A stretch of DNA of 64,000 nt, taken from the IMG/VR virus record IMGVR_UViG_3300025011_000017; one strand, given 5' to 3'. The notes beneath the pieces were generated by a model. The model was not told the DNA's origin. It made no database searches and saw nothing but the letters and a program-made list of their open reading frames with translations. The DNA comes from a virus (lineage: Duplodnaviria > Heunggongvirae > Uroviricota > Caudoviricetes). A program made the position numbers and the translations under genes. This document shows, piece by piece, positions 55,519-63,489 of this stretch (positions are counted from its first letter, which is position 1; each line of letters begins with the position of its first letter).

Positions 55519-57069
55519 TTACTTACTTCCTGATTTTTTACTATTATCAGTTTTAGATTTTTTACCATCAGATGGTGACGGTTGACCATTTCCATTATTA
55601 TTTTTAGTGGTTCCATCTTTATTTGCAGGTTTATTAGAATCATCTGTTGCTGTATATGAAGTTAAATGTATTGGTAATTCTTCTTCAAGATTTAATACTT
55701 TATTTTCATATTTACACATTGACAAATAACTTCTATAATCAAGTCCAGTTGCACTTTCAACCCAATAAATCCAACTACCTCTACCTTGAAGATATAAATC
55801 CATAGCTAATTTTGCATGAATTTCTTTATCAAAAATAGTAGATCTATCAAATATAATTTTAGCTCTATTAGTTGAAGGGCAAAATTTTTCAATATATTTA
55901 TTTATCATATATTCCCAAGATTCTAATCCAGAAAAAATATATGTGTAAAATTTTTCTCCATTAACACTTAATGTTCCATAATTTTCTGTTTTTCCACTAC
56001 CACTTGAACCAAGTCCTAAATCAGCATAAATATCATTTTGAACTTTATCGTATACATCTTTTGGAAATAATTGAGTATCAACTTCTACGCTTTTTAAAGT
56101 AAAAAAATCGGGTAATGTTACAATTCCAGTTCCGCTAATATCATCATTAGTTCTACCACGATTATCATTAGAATCTTTACGTTGAATAAGACTAGATAAA
56201 TCATTAAAATATCTACTTACTTGATCTTTACTAGGTGCTTTGTATCCATCTTTTGAACTAGCAATACTTCCAACCGAAAGAATAAGTATTTGTTTAATAA
56301 GTCTATCAGCAACACTTCGTTCAACTTTATCCATTAATTCTTTATGCAATATTGCACCCCATGCAGAAAAATGATAAGGTAGACCTTCTGGAAAATTTCT
56401 ATTACCTCTCATTTTTAATACATAAGCATTTTTAATAGTAACAAATCTATAATCATGTCCACGCTGTAAAAAATTATCATATGCTTGAGCCGTAATTTCA
56501 TCTGGAAGACTGACAATAATTGCTTCACGATCAAGATTATAAGTTGTCATCCAATGTTTAACTCTAAGTAAATCATATTGAACGTTCCATAATCCATCAG
56601 TTTGGGTGTTCATTCTTATATCATCTAAATCTAAAAATTGAATATACTTATTGCTTCTAAGAACACAAACAACAGTTCCAACTTCTGCCATTTCATACAT
56701 TCCATCTCTAACCACTTGTTTTATATTAATGGTATCTATAAAGTCATATATCTTTTTTTCATATTTCTGTATTTTCTTCACATCGTCATAATTTTCCCAA
56801 ACCAAATGATAATTTAATGTTGGAAAATTTCTAAACATTTCACAAACATCTTTAAGTATTCCATGTTTATTTACCAAATATTTGGCTGTTTTTCTAACGC
56901 TTTTAATATTTTTATAAGGATTATTTAATAACTTATAAAAATCTTTTGTATTAATATCATTTAGACTTGCACCAGATCCATATTGAGTTATGAAATCAGT
57001 TAAAGAAGAAAACATTTCTAAATTTTGATCTTCATTTTGTTTTATCTGATTTTGCCTTTGTCTTGTCAA
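55519..57069 (-). CDS. portal protein
   Basis: 516 aa directly after the large terminase; low-complexity charged C-terminus. Confidence 0.8.
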   Translation of the reverse strand: MTRQRQNQIKQNEDQNLEMFSSLTDFITQYGSGASLNDINTKDFYKLLNNPYKNIKSVRKTAKYLVNKHGILKDVCEMFRNFPTLNYHLVWENYDDVKKIQKYEKKIYDFIDTINIKQVVRDGMYEMAEVGTVVCVLRSNKYIQFLDLDDIRMNTQTDGLWNVQYDLLRVKHWMTTYNLDREAIIVSLPDEITAQAYDNFLQRGHDYRFVTIKNAYVLKMRGNRNFPEGLPYHFSAWGAILHKELMDKVERSVADRLIKQILILSVGSIASSKDGYKAPSKDQVSRYFNDLSSLIQRKDSNDNRGRTNDDISGTGIVTLPDFFTLKSVEVDTQLFPKDVYDKVQNDIYADLGLGSSGSGKTENYGTLSVNGEKFYTYIFSGLESWEYMINKYIEKFCPSTNRAKIIFDRSTIFDKEIHAKLAMDLYLQGRGSWIYWVESATGLDYRSYLSMCKYENKVLNLEEELPIHLTSYTATDDSNKPANKDGTTKNNNGNGQPSPSDGKKSKTDNSKKSGSK

Positions 57070-57091
57070 TCATATTCACCATCCTTTCTTA

Positions 57092-58825
57092 TTAAAATCC
57101 TGAAGAATGGAAGAAATATATATCATCGTCATTTCTATATAAATTTTGACGATTTTCTTCTTCAAGTACGGTCACAATATAAAAAAGACCGTATTCTAAC
57201 GCAGAAAACAAGTCTTTATTTGTTGATTTAACAACTTTCTTAAGTATGACATTTTTACCTTCTTGACTACCTCTAAGATTCATCATCTGATCTTTCATTA
57301 CAGAAGTTCTTATATAGGGAAGTAATAATCTTACTTCTTCTTCTACGTCAAGTTTACCTTTAAATTCTTTATTTATCGCTTGTTTTGCAGTTAATTCGTC
57401 AACTAAAAATTTAACTTTTCCAGAAGCGATTTGAGATAAACATTTTACATGAACATCAGAACTTACTTCTCCCGCCGCACCACCAGTTTTAATATTAAAT
57501 AATAATGGTAATGATGTATCAGTATGATATTTATCATACCTTTCATCGTTCGTGACTTCAAAAGGAGGATAAACTTCTCCACTATTTTTATCTATATTTT
57601 CTTTTACCAAATAATCAACTAGTCCTACTCCAAGACCATTTGCATCAACTACTAACATAGATGCTTCATAAGTAAATACTAACTGTTTTAGAAATATAGA
57701 TTGATCTTCAAAATGACCGCCTTCAATTGTTATAACATTTACAATTTGCTTTGTATAAGTTCCATTATCTAGTATTTTTAATCTTTTAACTACTATTCCT
57801 GTATCAGCATTATGTTTTCCTTCACATCTTGCCACATCACAAGAAATAACATAAATATCTTTTGTATTTCTTCTATCTCCGTGATGCTTATGCTCTGCTT
57901 TAGACAAAACTCTATTTCTTTCCCATGAATTAAGATCGAAGAAAGCATCTTTACCTGCTCCTGTCCACTCTGATCCCCATTCTCTAGCAAAATCATAGGG
58001 ATTAAATGAACCATCTTCTTTCATTTCTTGAACAAAATTTTCATCTAAAAGATCATGTAAAACTGGAAGTCTAAAATCTGAACCAAATACAAAAGCTGTA
58101 CCCTTAGTAACTTGTTTCTTAATTAATTCTTTTAATTTCTGATATGCGAAACAAGATTTATCTCCTGCTGTTGATACATATAATTGTTGCTTATGTATTT
58201 CATTTGGATCAACTTTACCATTTGACGCCCTTCTATTAACTGCCATCATAGGTATAATTACTGAATTTAATATATCACCATCAACAAGTACACATTCTTC
58301 TACTACTCCACCATTACGTCTTCCACCTCTAGAAGACTGTTGAACCCCTACAATGTCTAACTTACTTCCATTTTGAAATGTTAATTTTACATAGTCTTTT
58401 TGGAAAGATTTTATAAATACTTCTCTTTCTAATATAGGAAATAATTCAAATATTTCTTCAACTTTTTCTTTAGTAATATTTGCCGATTGCTCTTTCCCAT
58501 TAGAACATACAAATAATTTAATTCTAGGAAACATTATACATCTTAATATTAATGCCAATATAATTAAAAACGATTTACTTGCACCTCTATTTAGAACTCC
58601 AAATACATATTGATATCTAAACACAATTCTAAGAAAAAGTCTTTGATAAAAAAATAATTTAAACTTACTATTCGCAGGAGTAATCATATCTATGAACATA
58701 TCTGGATAGCGGATAAAATAACTTGCATATTTTTTAAATATTTCTTTTACTTCACTAAAATTCTTCTTTTCACCATTGTCATCTAAATAAAAATTAGGTA
58801 CTTTTATATAACTTTCAATTTTCAT
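57092..58825 (-). CDS. terminase large subunit
   Basis: NRGASKS (Walker A-like), GGVVEEC (Walker B), YVSTAG, nuclease ISCDVA and KDLFSA. Confidence 0.92.
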   Translation of the reverse strand: MKIESYIKVPNFYLDDNGEKKNFSEVKEIFKKYASYFIRYPDMFIDMITPANSKFKLFFYQRLFLRIVFRYQYVFGVLNRGASKSFLIILALILRCIMFPRIKLFVCSNGKEQSANITKEKVEEIFELFPILEREVFIKSFQKDYVKLTFQNGSKLDIVGVQQSSRGGRRNGGVVEECVLVDGDILNSVIIPMMAVNRRASNGKVDPNEIHKQQLYVSTAGDKSCFAYQKLKELIKKQVTKGTAFVFGSDFRLPVLHDLLDENFVQEMKEDGSFNPYDFAREWGSEWTGAGKDAFFDLNSWERNRVLSKAEHKHHGDRRNTKDIYVISCDVARCEGKHNADTGIVVKRLKILDNGTYTKQIVNVITIEGGHFEDQSIFLKQLVFTYEASMLVVDANGLGVGLVDYLVKENIDKNSGEVYPPFEVTNDERYDKYHTDTSLPLLFNIKTGGAAGEVSSDVHVKCLSQIASGKVKFLVDELTAKQAINKEFKGKLDVEEEVRLLLPYIRTSVMKDQMMNLRGSQEGKNVILKKVVKSTNKDLFSALEYGLFYIVTVLEEENRQNLYRNDDDIYFFHSSGF

Positions 58826-59696
58826 CTAATATGTCACATTCTTCCGTATCCTCAAATATTTCATCTTCATCTTCAAGCATTTCAATATCTGTAACTAATT
58901 GAGGATCGTTTCTTATTAATTTTTTTAAATAATCGCTCATATAAGTTATTGTCTTATCTACTATATCTTGATCTTCAGTTGCATATTTAGGTATAAATCC
59001 TTCTTCTTCAATTAATCTAAAGAAATCACTAAATGTACTTAATCCACCAGTTTCATCTGTTGCGTTTCTTTGATTAGCTGTAAAACAAGCAGATTTCATC
59101 AATGTATCGTATTGGCGAGATAACATTTGAAATCCATTTAGATCATTTTCTTCAAGAGATTTATCCATCTTTAAACTAATAATACAAATCTTCTTTAAAT
59201 AATCTTTATGAGAAGTTGTAACAACAGTAAAATCTTTTTTCATTCCTGCTTCAAAATTTTCTAAATGAATATAATCTAAGTCGTTCCATTTTTCTCCCCA
59301 TTTAAGAATTAAATTAGGATTAGTATCAAGATTATTTACTGGTTTGTTCTCTATTCCTTTTTGTCCTAAATTATAAGCTAAATTTTGTTGTCTTAAATAT
59401 AAACCACAAGCTTTTCTTTCCATATCATCTAAAAGTTCTGGAGTTATTTTTTTATTAGGATTTTCTTTAAGAGCATTCTTTTCTGCTTTTAGTTTAGAGT
59501 CTTCAAATAATTTTTCGTTAAATGGTCTTAAATTAGCTGTTAAATACCTAACTAAAGATATTTGATTAAATACGTATTTTTTTCTACAAGGAGAACACCA
59601 CATATCTAATCCATCTTCTGCGTATACGTTTTTTATATAAGAATCTATTCTCTGATCTTTTCCACATTTTCCACATTTTCTAATTAAAATAGTCAC
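58815..59696 (-). CDS. CxxC-containing protein, possible terminase small subunit
   Basis: CGKC and CSPC motifs; overlaps the large terminase start; GTG start. Confidence 0.45.
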   Translation of the reverse strand: MTILIRKCGKCGKDQRIDSYIKNVYAEDGLDMWCSPCRKKYVFNQISLVRYLTANLRPFNEKLFEDSKLKAEKNALKENPNKKITPELLDDMERKACGLYLRQQNLAYNLGQKGIENKPVNNLDTNPNLILKWGEKWNDLDYIHLENFEAGMKKDFTVVTTSHKDYLKKICIISLKMDKSLEENDLNGFQMLSRQYDTLMKSACFTANQRNATDETGGLSTFSDFFRLIEEEGFIPKYATEDQDIVDKTITYMSDYLKKLIRNDPQLVTDIEMLEDEDEIFEDTEECDILDEN

Positions 59697-59809
59697 CGTA
59701 TTTTTTCCACCTTTGGAAGATCGTCATACAGTTTTTCATATTCACTGTATTTATCCTCATCATATTCTTCTTCGTATTGAGAAATTATTTCAACCTTTGT
59801 TGCGATCAA
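59693..59809 (-). CDS. small acidic hypothetical protein (38 aa)
   Basis: TTG start; stop overlaps the next GTG start (GTGA). Confidence 0.35.
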   Translation of the reverse strand: MIATKVEIISQYEEEYDEDKYSEYEKLYDDLPKVEKIR

Positions 59810-59945
59810 CTTCTATTACTTCCTTCCATTCCTTTGTGCCATCTAAGTTATACCAAAATTTATTTCCGCAAATAAAACAACGTCTACCTTGTATTCCGTT
59901 TTCTCTATAAATGTTAATCATTCTTTCCATACAGCAATATTCCAT
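59790..59945 (-). CDS. small zinc-ribbon-like protein (51 aa)
   Basis: GGAGTG SD; MEYCCMER...CFICGNKFW; absent from the ORF track. Confidence 0.55.
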   Translation of the reverse strand: MEYCCMERMINIYRENGIQGRRCFICGNKFWYNLDGTKEWKEVIEVDRNKG

Positions 59946-59970
59946 TATTATCACTCCATAAAATTAATTA

Positions 59971-60846
59971 TTAAATTACAATATAACTAATTCCTTCACC
60001 ACTCACAGATGCATCAATATATATTTGATTTGCATTTACTACTTTATAAGTAAACCTATCCTTAGTAGCTAATTCTATTCCATAAACAGTAGGAGAAACA
60101 TCAGAACCACCTACATAGATGTATCCTGTATTAGTACGCTTGGCTATGATTGTAACCTCACGACATGCAATATTAGGTAATTGTACTCTCGTTCCTGCCG
60201 TAGTAATACTAAGTACATTTCCAATATTAATTACACTTCCAATTGTGTATTTCAATATTCCTTTTAGATTAGCATTAACTGAAGAACTTGCTGTTGGATC
60301 AATATTAGCAGTATCAGCTTTTACACCTAATGTAGCAACATCCCCATCTGCTATCATAACTGGTTCAATATTAACACCTTTAGTATAATGAATCATAATG
60401 AAACTTGTTTGTGGCGTAGCACCATTTACATATCTACATCGAGAATATCTTCTACTTAATTTTGTCCATGCTAATATATTTGAAACTCCTGCCGAAACCA
60501 CCGCAGATGATGTCGTTGTCCAGTTTGTTCCATTGTGAGATTCTTCAAGATAAAGATTTCCACTTTGATCTGCCAATACCCAAATTCTCATATATCCATC
60601 AGGTATATCTTGCTCTGGCCTATCAATAACTGGCGATATATAAGTCTCATTAGCTATTAAAATAGAACCTATTGGTGTTTCTCTAGTTGTATCTACTAAA
60701 ATCATAGGTATATCTCCATGAGATATTGATGAAACTTGAAGAACACTATTTTCTTCACATTTTAATAATCGTGATTCATTTGTCATATTTGAAATTCCAA
60801 ATATTTGTCCTAATTGATCTTGTGTTTCATTTGCCAAACTTATCAA
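59971..60846 (-). CDS. hypothetical beta-rich protein
   Basis: TTG start with GAAAGG SD; first CDS after the tRNA array terminator. Confidence 0.7.
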   Translation of the reverse strand: MISLANETQDQLGQIFGISNMTNESRLLKCEENSVLQVSSISHGDIPMILVDTTRETPIGSILIANETYISPVIDRPEQDIPDGYMRIWVLADQSGNLYLEESHNGTNWTTTSSAVVSAGVSNILAWTKLSRRYSRCRYVNGATPQTSFIMIHYTKGVNIEPVMIADGDVATLGVKADTANIDPTASSSVNANLKGILKYTIGSVINIGNVLSITTAGTRVQLPNIACREVTIIAKRTNTGYIYVGGSDVSPTVYGIELATKDRFTYKVVNANQIYIDASVSGEGISYIVI

Positions 60847-60858
60847 AACCTTTCTTAG

Positions 60859-60913
60859 ATAAATTATTAATTAATAGATGCAACATATTTGTATTTATTA
60901 ATTAATAATTTAT
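60859..60913. repeat. 18-bp perfect inverted repeat with 19-nt spacer
   Basis: ATAAATTATTAATTAATA (60859-60876) / TATTAATTAATAATTTAT (60896-60913). Confidence 0.85.
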
Positions 60914-60918
60914 AACAC

Positions 60919-60944
60919 AAAAAGAAGATGCTTTTCAGCATCTT
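60919..60944 (-). terminator. intrinsic terminator of the tRNA array
   Basis: AAGATGCT-gaaa-AGCATCTT then CTTTTT on the - strand. Confidence 0.75.
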
Positions 60945-61001
60945 TGAGAAAGAGGAGGAGTAATATGAATTGATGGAGATAAAACCATTAAAATTAACTT
61001 T

Positions 61002-61079
61002 TGGTTGCAAGAGGCTGAATTCGAATCAGCGATCTTCAGGTTATGAGCCTGACGAGATAGTCCACTTCTCCACTCTGCA
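61002..61079 (-). tRNA. tRNA-Met(CAT), initiator-like
   Basis: TCAGG-CTCATAA-CCTGA anticodon arm, TTCGAAT T-loop, encoded CCA; one extra U in the acceptor 3' strand. Confidence 0.85.
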
Positions 61080-61083
61080 ATGT

Positions 61084-61172
61084 TGGTAGGAATGGTGGAA
61101 TTTGAATCCACACGATATATTTCAATCCCTAGATTTTAAGTCTAGTGCGTCTGCCAGTTACGCCACACTCCC
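61084..61172 (-). tRNA. tRNA-Leu(TAA)
   Basis: CTAGA-CTTAAAA-TCTAG, long variable arm, CCA. Confidence 0.9.
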
Positions 61173-61179
61173 ATATATA

Positions 61180-61596
61180 TTAAATAACATTTTTAAGGTT
61201 ATTTAAATTCTTTCTATAATTACTTCTACATTTTCTACAAGCACTTTCATATCCATTAATTTTCTCTTTCTTTTTAGAAAAATTTTCTAAAGGTAATAAT
61301 TCTTTACATCTAATACAAACAAGTTTTTCATCAATAAAATTATATATTCTTTCTTTCATAGCTTTATTATTTGATACTCTCCATTTATCATAAGTGTCTT
61401 TATCCATATTATTAGGAGTTTTTAAATTTCCATGTAATTTTACATGATCAGATTGTGTCATCATTTGAAGATTATCTAATTTATTATTGCGCTTATTTCC
61501 ATCTATATGATGAATAATATATCCTTTTGGTATAACTCCATATGCTTTTTGCCACACAAATCTGTGTTCGTCAATACGTTTTCCATCTATCTTCAT
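61180..61596 (-). CDS. free-standing HNH endonuclease
   Basis: EHR...HHIDGNKRNNKLDNL...H motif plus C-terminal CxxC...CxxC. Confidence 0.9.
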   Translation of the reverse strand: MKIDGKRIDEHRFVWQKAYGVIPKGYIIHHIDGNKRNNKLDNLQMMTQSDHVKLHGNLKTPNNMDKDTYDKWRVSNNKAMKERIYNFIDEKLVCIRCKELLPLENFSKKKEKINGYESACRKCRSNYRKNLNNLKNVI

Positions 61597-61668
61597 TGCT
61601 ACATATTCATAACTATAATCTTTATTCAGTTAATTCACCCATTCATCATTATTTAATACTTGTATAAT

Positions 61669-61742
61669 TGGCAGGGGTTACTGGTGTCGATCCAATGCTC
61701 TTAGCGTCAAAGGCTAATGTACTACCGTTATACTAAACCCCA
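61669..61742 (-). tRNA. tRNA-Gln(TTG)
   Basis: TTAGC-CTTTGAC-GCTAA, CCA. Confidence 0.9.
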
Positions 61743-61745
61743 ATA

Positions 61746-61821
61746 TGGAAGCAACAGAAGGAATCGAACCCTCAACACTCACGGTAGAAACGTGATGTTC
61801 TATCCATTGAACTATGTTGCC
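61746..61821 (-). tRNA. tRNA-Arg(TCT)
   Basis: TCACG-TTTCTAC-CGTGA, CCA. Confidence 0.88.
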
Positions 61822-61832
61822 ATGTTAACTTT

Positions 61833-61907
61833 TGGAGCCGAATGTTAGGATCGGACTAACGACCTACAGGTTACAAATCTGTTGCTCTACCACTGAGCTA
61901 ATTCGGC
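61833..61907 (-). tRNA. tRNA-Thr(TGT)
   Basis: ACAGA-TTTGTAA-CCTGT, CCA. Confidence 0.88.
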
Positions 61908-61916
61908 ATATTACAT

Positions 61917-62088
61917 CTAGTAATATAATTACTAATACATACTTCTTGATGACGATAGCACTAGTTCTCCATCATCCCTTACACCGTTTGTTTACTCTGT
62001 AAGCAAGATATTATTAGGGAAGTCACTACTCTGTAGCTCTGTATACAAAGAGACTACTTTCATGTTGTATTAGTAATTATATGACTAG
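61917..62088 (-). ncRNA. candidate structured RNA, 172 nt
   Basis: 23-nt terminal inverted repeat (22/23 complementary) enclosing three hairpins; strand inferred from the array. Confidence 0.5.
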
Positions 62089-62097
62089 TATAAAATT

Positions 62098-62176
62098 TGG
62101 AAGTAGTGATTGGATTTGAACCAACGAATAACTATTTTGCAGATAGTTCCCTTAGACCAGACTTGGGTACACTACT
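62098..62176 (-). tRNA. tRNA-Cys(GCA)
   Basis: ACTAT-CTGCAAA-ATAGT, U73, CCA. Confidence 0.9.
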
Positions 62177-62260
62177 ATATTTAATTAGGGATTATTAGAT
62201 ACATCACGAACAAATTTTGGAGAGTTTGATCACGATTATAATCCCTAAAATTAACTAATT

Positions 62261-62334
62261 TGGTGGAGCTAGAGGTAATCGAAACCTCAACTAATCTTTG
62301 CAAGAAATTTATTATCCCATTTAACTATAACCCC
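62261..62334 (-). tRNA. tRNA-Ala(TGC)
   Basis: CTTGCAA loop, G3:U70 identity pair, CCA. Confidence 0.88.
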
Positions 62335-62337
62335 ATT

Positions 62338-62413
62338 TGGTAGGCGTAAGAGAATTTGAATCTCTGACCTCCGAATTATCAGTTCGGCATTCTAACCACT
62401 GAACTATACGCCA
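62338..62413 (-). tRNA. tRNA-Ile(GAT)
   Basis: CCGAA-CTGATAA-TTCGG, CCA. Confidence 0.9.
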
Positions 62414-62417
62414 ATAG

Positions 62418-62501
62418 TGGAGGAAGATTTCGGAATCAAACCGAATAGGGCAAAACCCTTGACTACTTAGCAGGTAGCTTATCATCATTGATCTATCTTC
62501 C
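62418..62501 (-). tRNA. tRNA-Ser(GCT)
   Basis: GCTAC-CTGCTAA-GTAGT, long variable arm, shortened D region, CCA. Confidence 0.75.
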
Positions 62502-62504
62502 ATT

Positions 62505-62589
62505 TGGTGAGCAGAGAAGGAGTCGAACCTCCGATGTATCTTCGTGAGAGATTTACAGTCTCTTGTCCTCGCCACTAGACTACCTGCCC
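62505..62589 (-). tRNA. tRNA-Tyr(GTA)
   Basis: AGAGA-CTGTAAA-TCTCT, long variable arm, CCA. Confidence 0.9.
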
Positions 62590-62595
62590 TTATAT

Positions 62596-62885
62596 AATAA
62601 AGCATTGTTAAGCTTTCCACTCAACTTGTCGGTTTGTGGCTTTTCAGTCCACCACAACTTATCTCTTACGTTAGATTGGATACTAACAGCCTTACGGACT
62701 CACCTTTACGCGTTAGCGTTATTTTGTCCACGAACTATCGAATTATTGTCTTGACCACATGGGCATTTTAGGGCTTACACATAGGCATAGTTGTTTAAGC
62801 TCAACTTAGCTCTTTGACCTGCAATCACAGGCTACAGAGTACCTATATAGCCTTTATCGGGCAATAATTCTCTTTGTGCTTTATT
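62596..62885 (-). ncRNA. candidate large structured RNA, ~290 nt
   Basis: About 41% GC (hand count), 9-bp terminal stem, 9-bp internal long-range helix and several hairpins; no credible ORF; strand inferred from the array. Confidence 0.55.
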
Positions 62886-62892
62886 TTCTTTT

Positions 62893-62967
62893 TGGTGAGA
62901 AACCCAAGACTCGGACTCGGAACTACGGAGCTTCAATCCATCGCTTTACCTGTTAAGCTAATTTCTC
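62893..62967 (-). tRNA. tRNA-Phe(GAA)
   Basis: ATGGA-TTGAAGC-TCCGT, CCA. Confidence 0.88.
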
Positions 62968-63027
62968 ATAAGCAACATTATTAATTCGAATTAACGTTTT
63001 AATAACGTCTAAGCACCTCTTATATGC

Positions 63028-63115
63028 TTTATCAAATTTCGTTTAATAGTATTCAACGTCCCTCTAGAAAGACAAGTAGAATTACTATCCATAAGCCTAA
63101 ACGAAATTTGATAAA
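63028..63115 (-). ncRNA. candidate long-hairpin RNA, 88 nt
   Basis: 18-bp perfect terminal inverted repeat plus an inner stem. Confidence 0.4.
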
Positions 63116-63130
63116 ATTTATATTATATAC

Positions 63131-63240
63131 TTTGTAAAATTTAGTTTGAAGTATATGATAACCACAATCCTAAAATTCTGGAAGAGTGGATACTTCCCAA
63201 TTCGTTATCATGCAAATTCGGAAAAACTAAATTTTACAAA
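63131..63240 (-). ncRNA. candidate long-hairpin RNA, 110 nt
   Basis: 17-bp perfect terminal inverted repeat plus nested 8-bp and 5-bp stems. Confidence 0.4.
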
Positions 63241-63252
63241 ACTTATAATATT

Positions 63253-63329
63253 TGGTGAGGTAGGGTGAATTCGAATCACCGATCTACTGGTTAAAAGCCA
63301 GTTGCATTAAACCACTATGCTACTACCCC
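63253..63329 (-). tRNA. tRNA-Lys(TTT)
   Basis: ACTGG-CTTTTAA-CCAGT, CCA. Confidence 0.92.
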
Positions 63330-63421
63330 ATATTATCTATCGTCTTCTTTATAACCTCTATCTATTTCTTTTCGTTTGTCATATTTATCCATTTTACATC
63401 AACACCTTTCTAATATTTATT

Positions 63422-63456
63422 TGGAAGAGAGTTAATTCTTTATCAACTAACTCTCC
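63422..63456 (-). ncRNA. tRNA minihelix-like RNA (35 nt, ends in UCCA)
   Basis: GGAGAGTTAGTT-GATAAAG-AATTAACTCTCT-TCCA: 12-bp stem, 7-nt loop, NCCA. Confidence 0.5.
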
Positions 63457-63489
63457 ATAAGTAAAAGAGATTAGTTCATTACTTTAATT

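Noticed and set aside
1985-60388. Numerous short opposite-strand or alternate-frame ORFs in the supplied track (for example 1985-2566, 3168-3413, 6161-6355, 11833-12237, 16913-17224, 24798-25016, 39901-40296, 53701-53979, 57793-58014, 60119-60388)
   Set aside because: They lie within longer, motif-supported genes, lack SD sequences and read as shadow translations.
60951-61089. + strand AGGAGG followed by minigene ATG-AAT-TGA and an overlapping 38-codon ORF antisense to tRNA-Met
   Set aside because: The ORF is mostly the reverse complement of a tRNA and has no promoter or protein features.
62596-62885. tmRNA, RNase P RNA, SRP RNA or self-splicing intron identity for the 290-nt element
   Set aside because: No tRNA-like ends or convincing tag (the nearest frame ends GQNNANA*), no GAGGAAAGUCC, no SRP helix-8 motif, and no group I/II core recognised.
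62968-63030. Vestigial tRNA-like sequence with a nominal TTA (ochre suppressor) loop
   Set aside because: T arm and anticodon arm overlap, there is no U33, variable loop or CCA; too degenerate to call a suppressor.
63330-63400. 11-codon ORF MDKYDKRKEIE on the - strand with a weak SD
   Set aside because: Too short, with long SD spacing; not distinguishable from chance.
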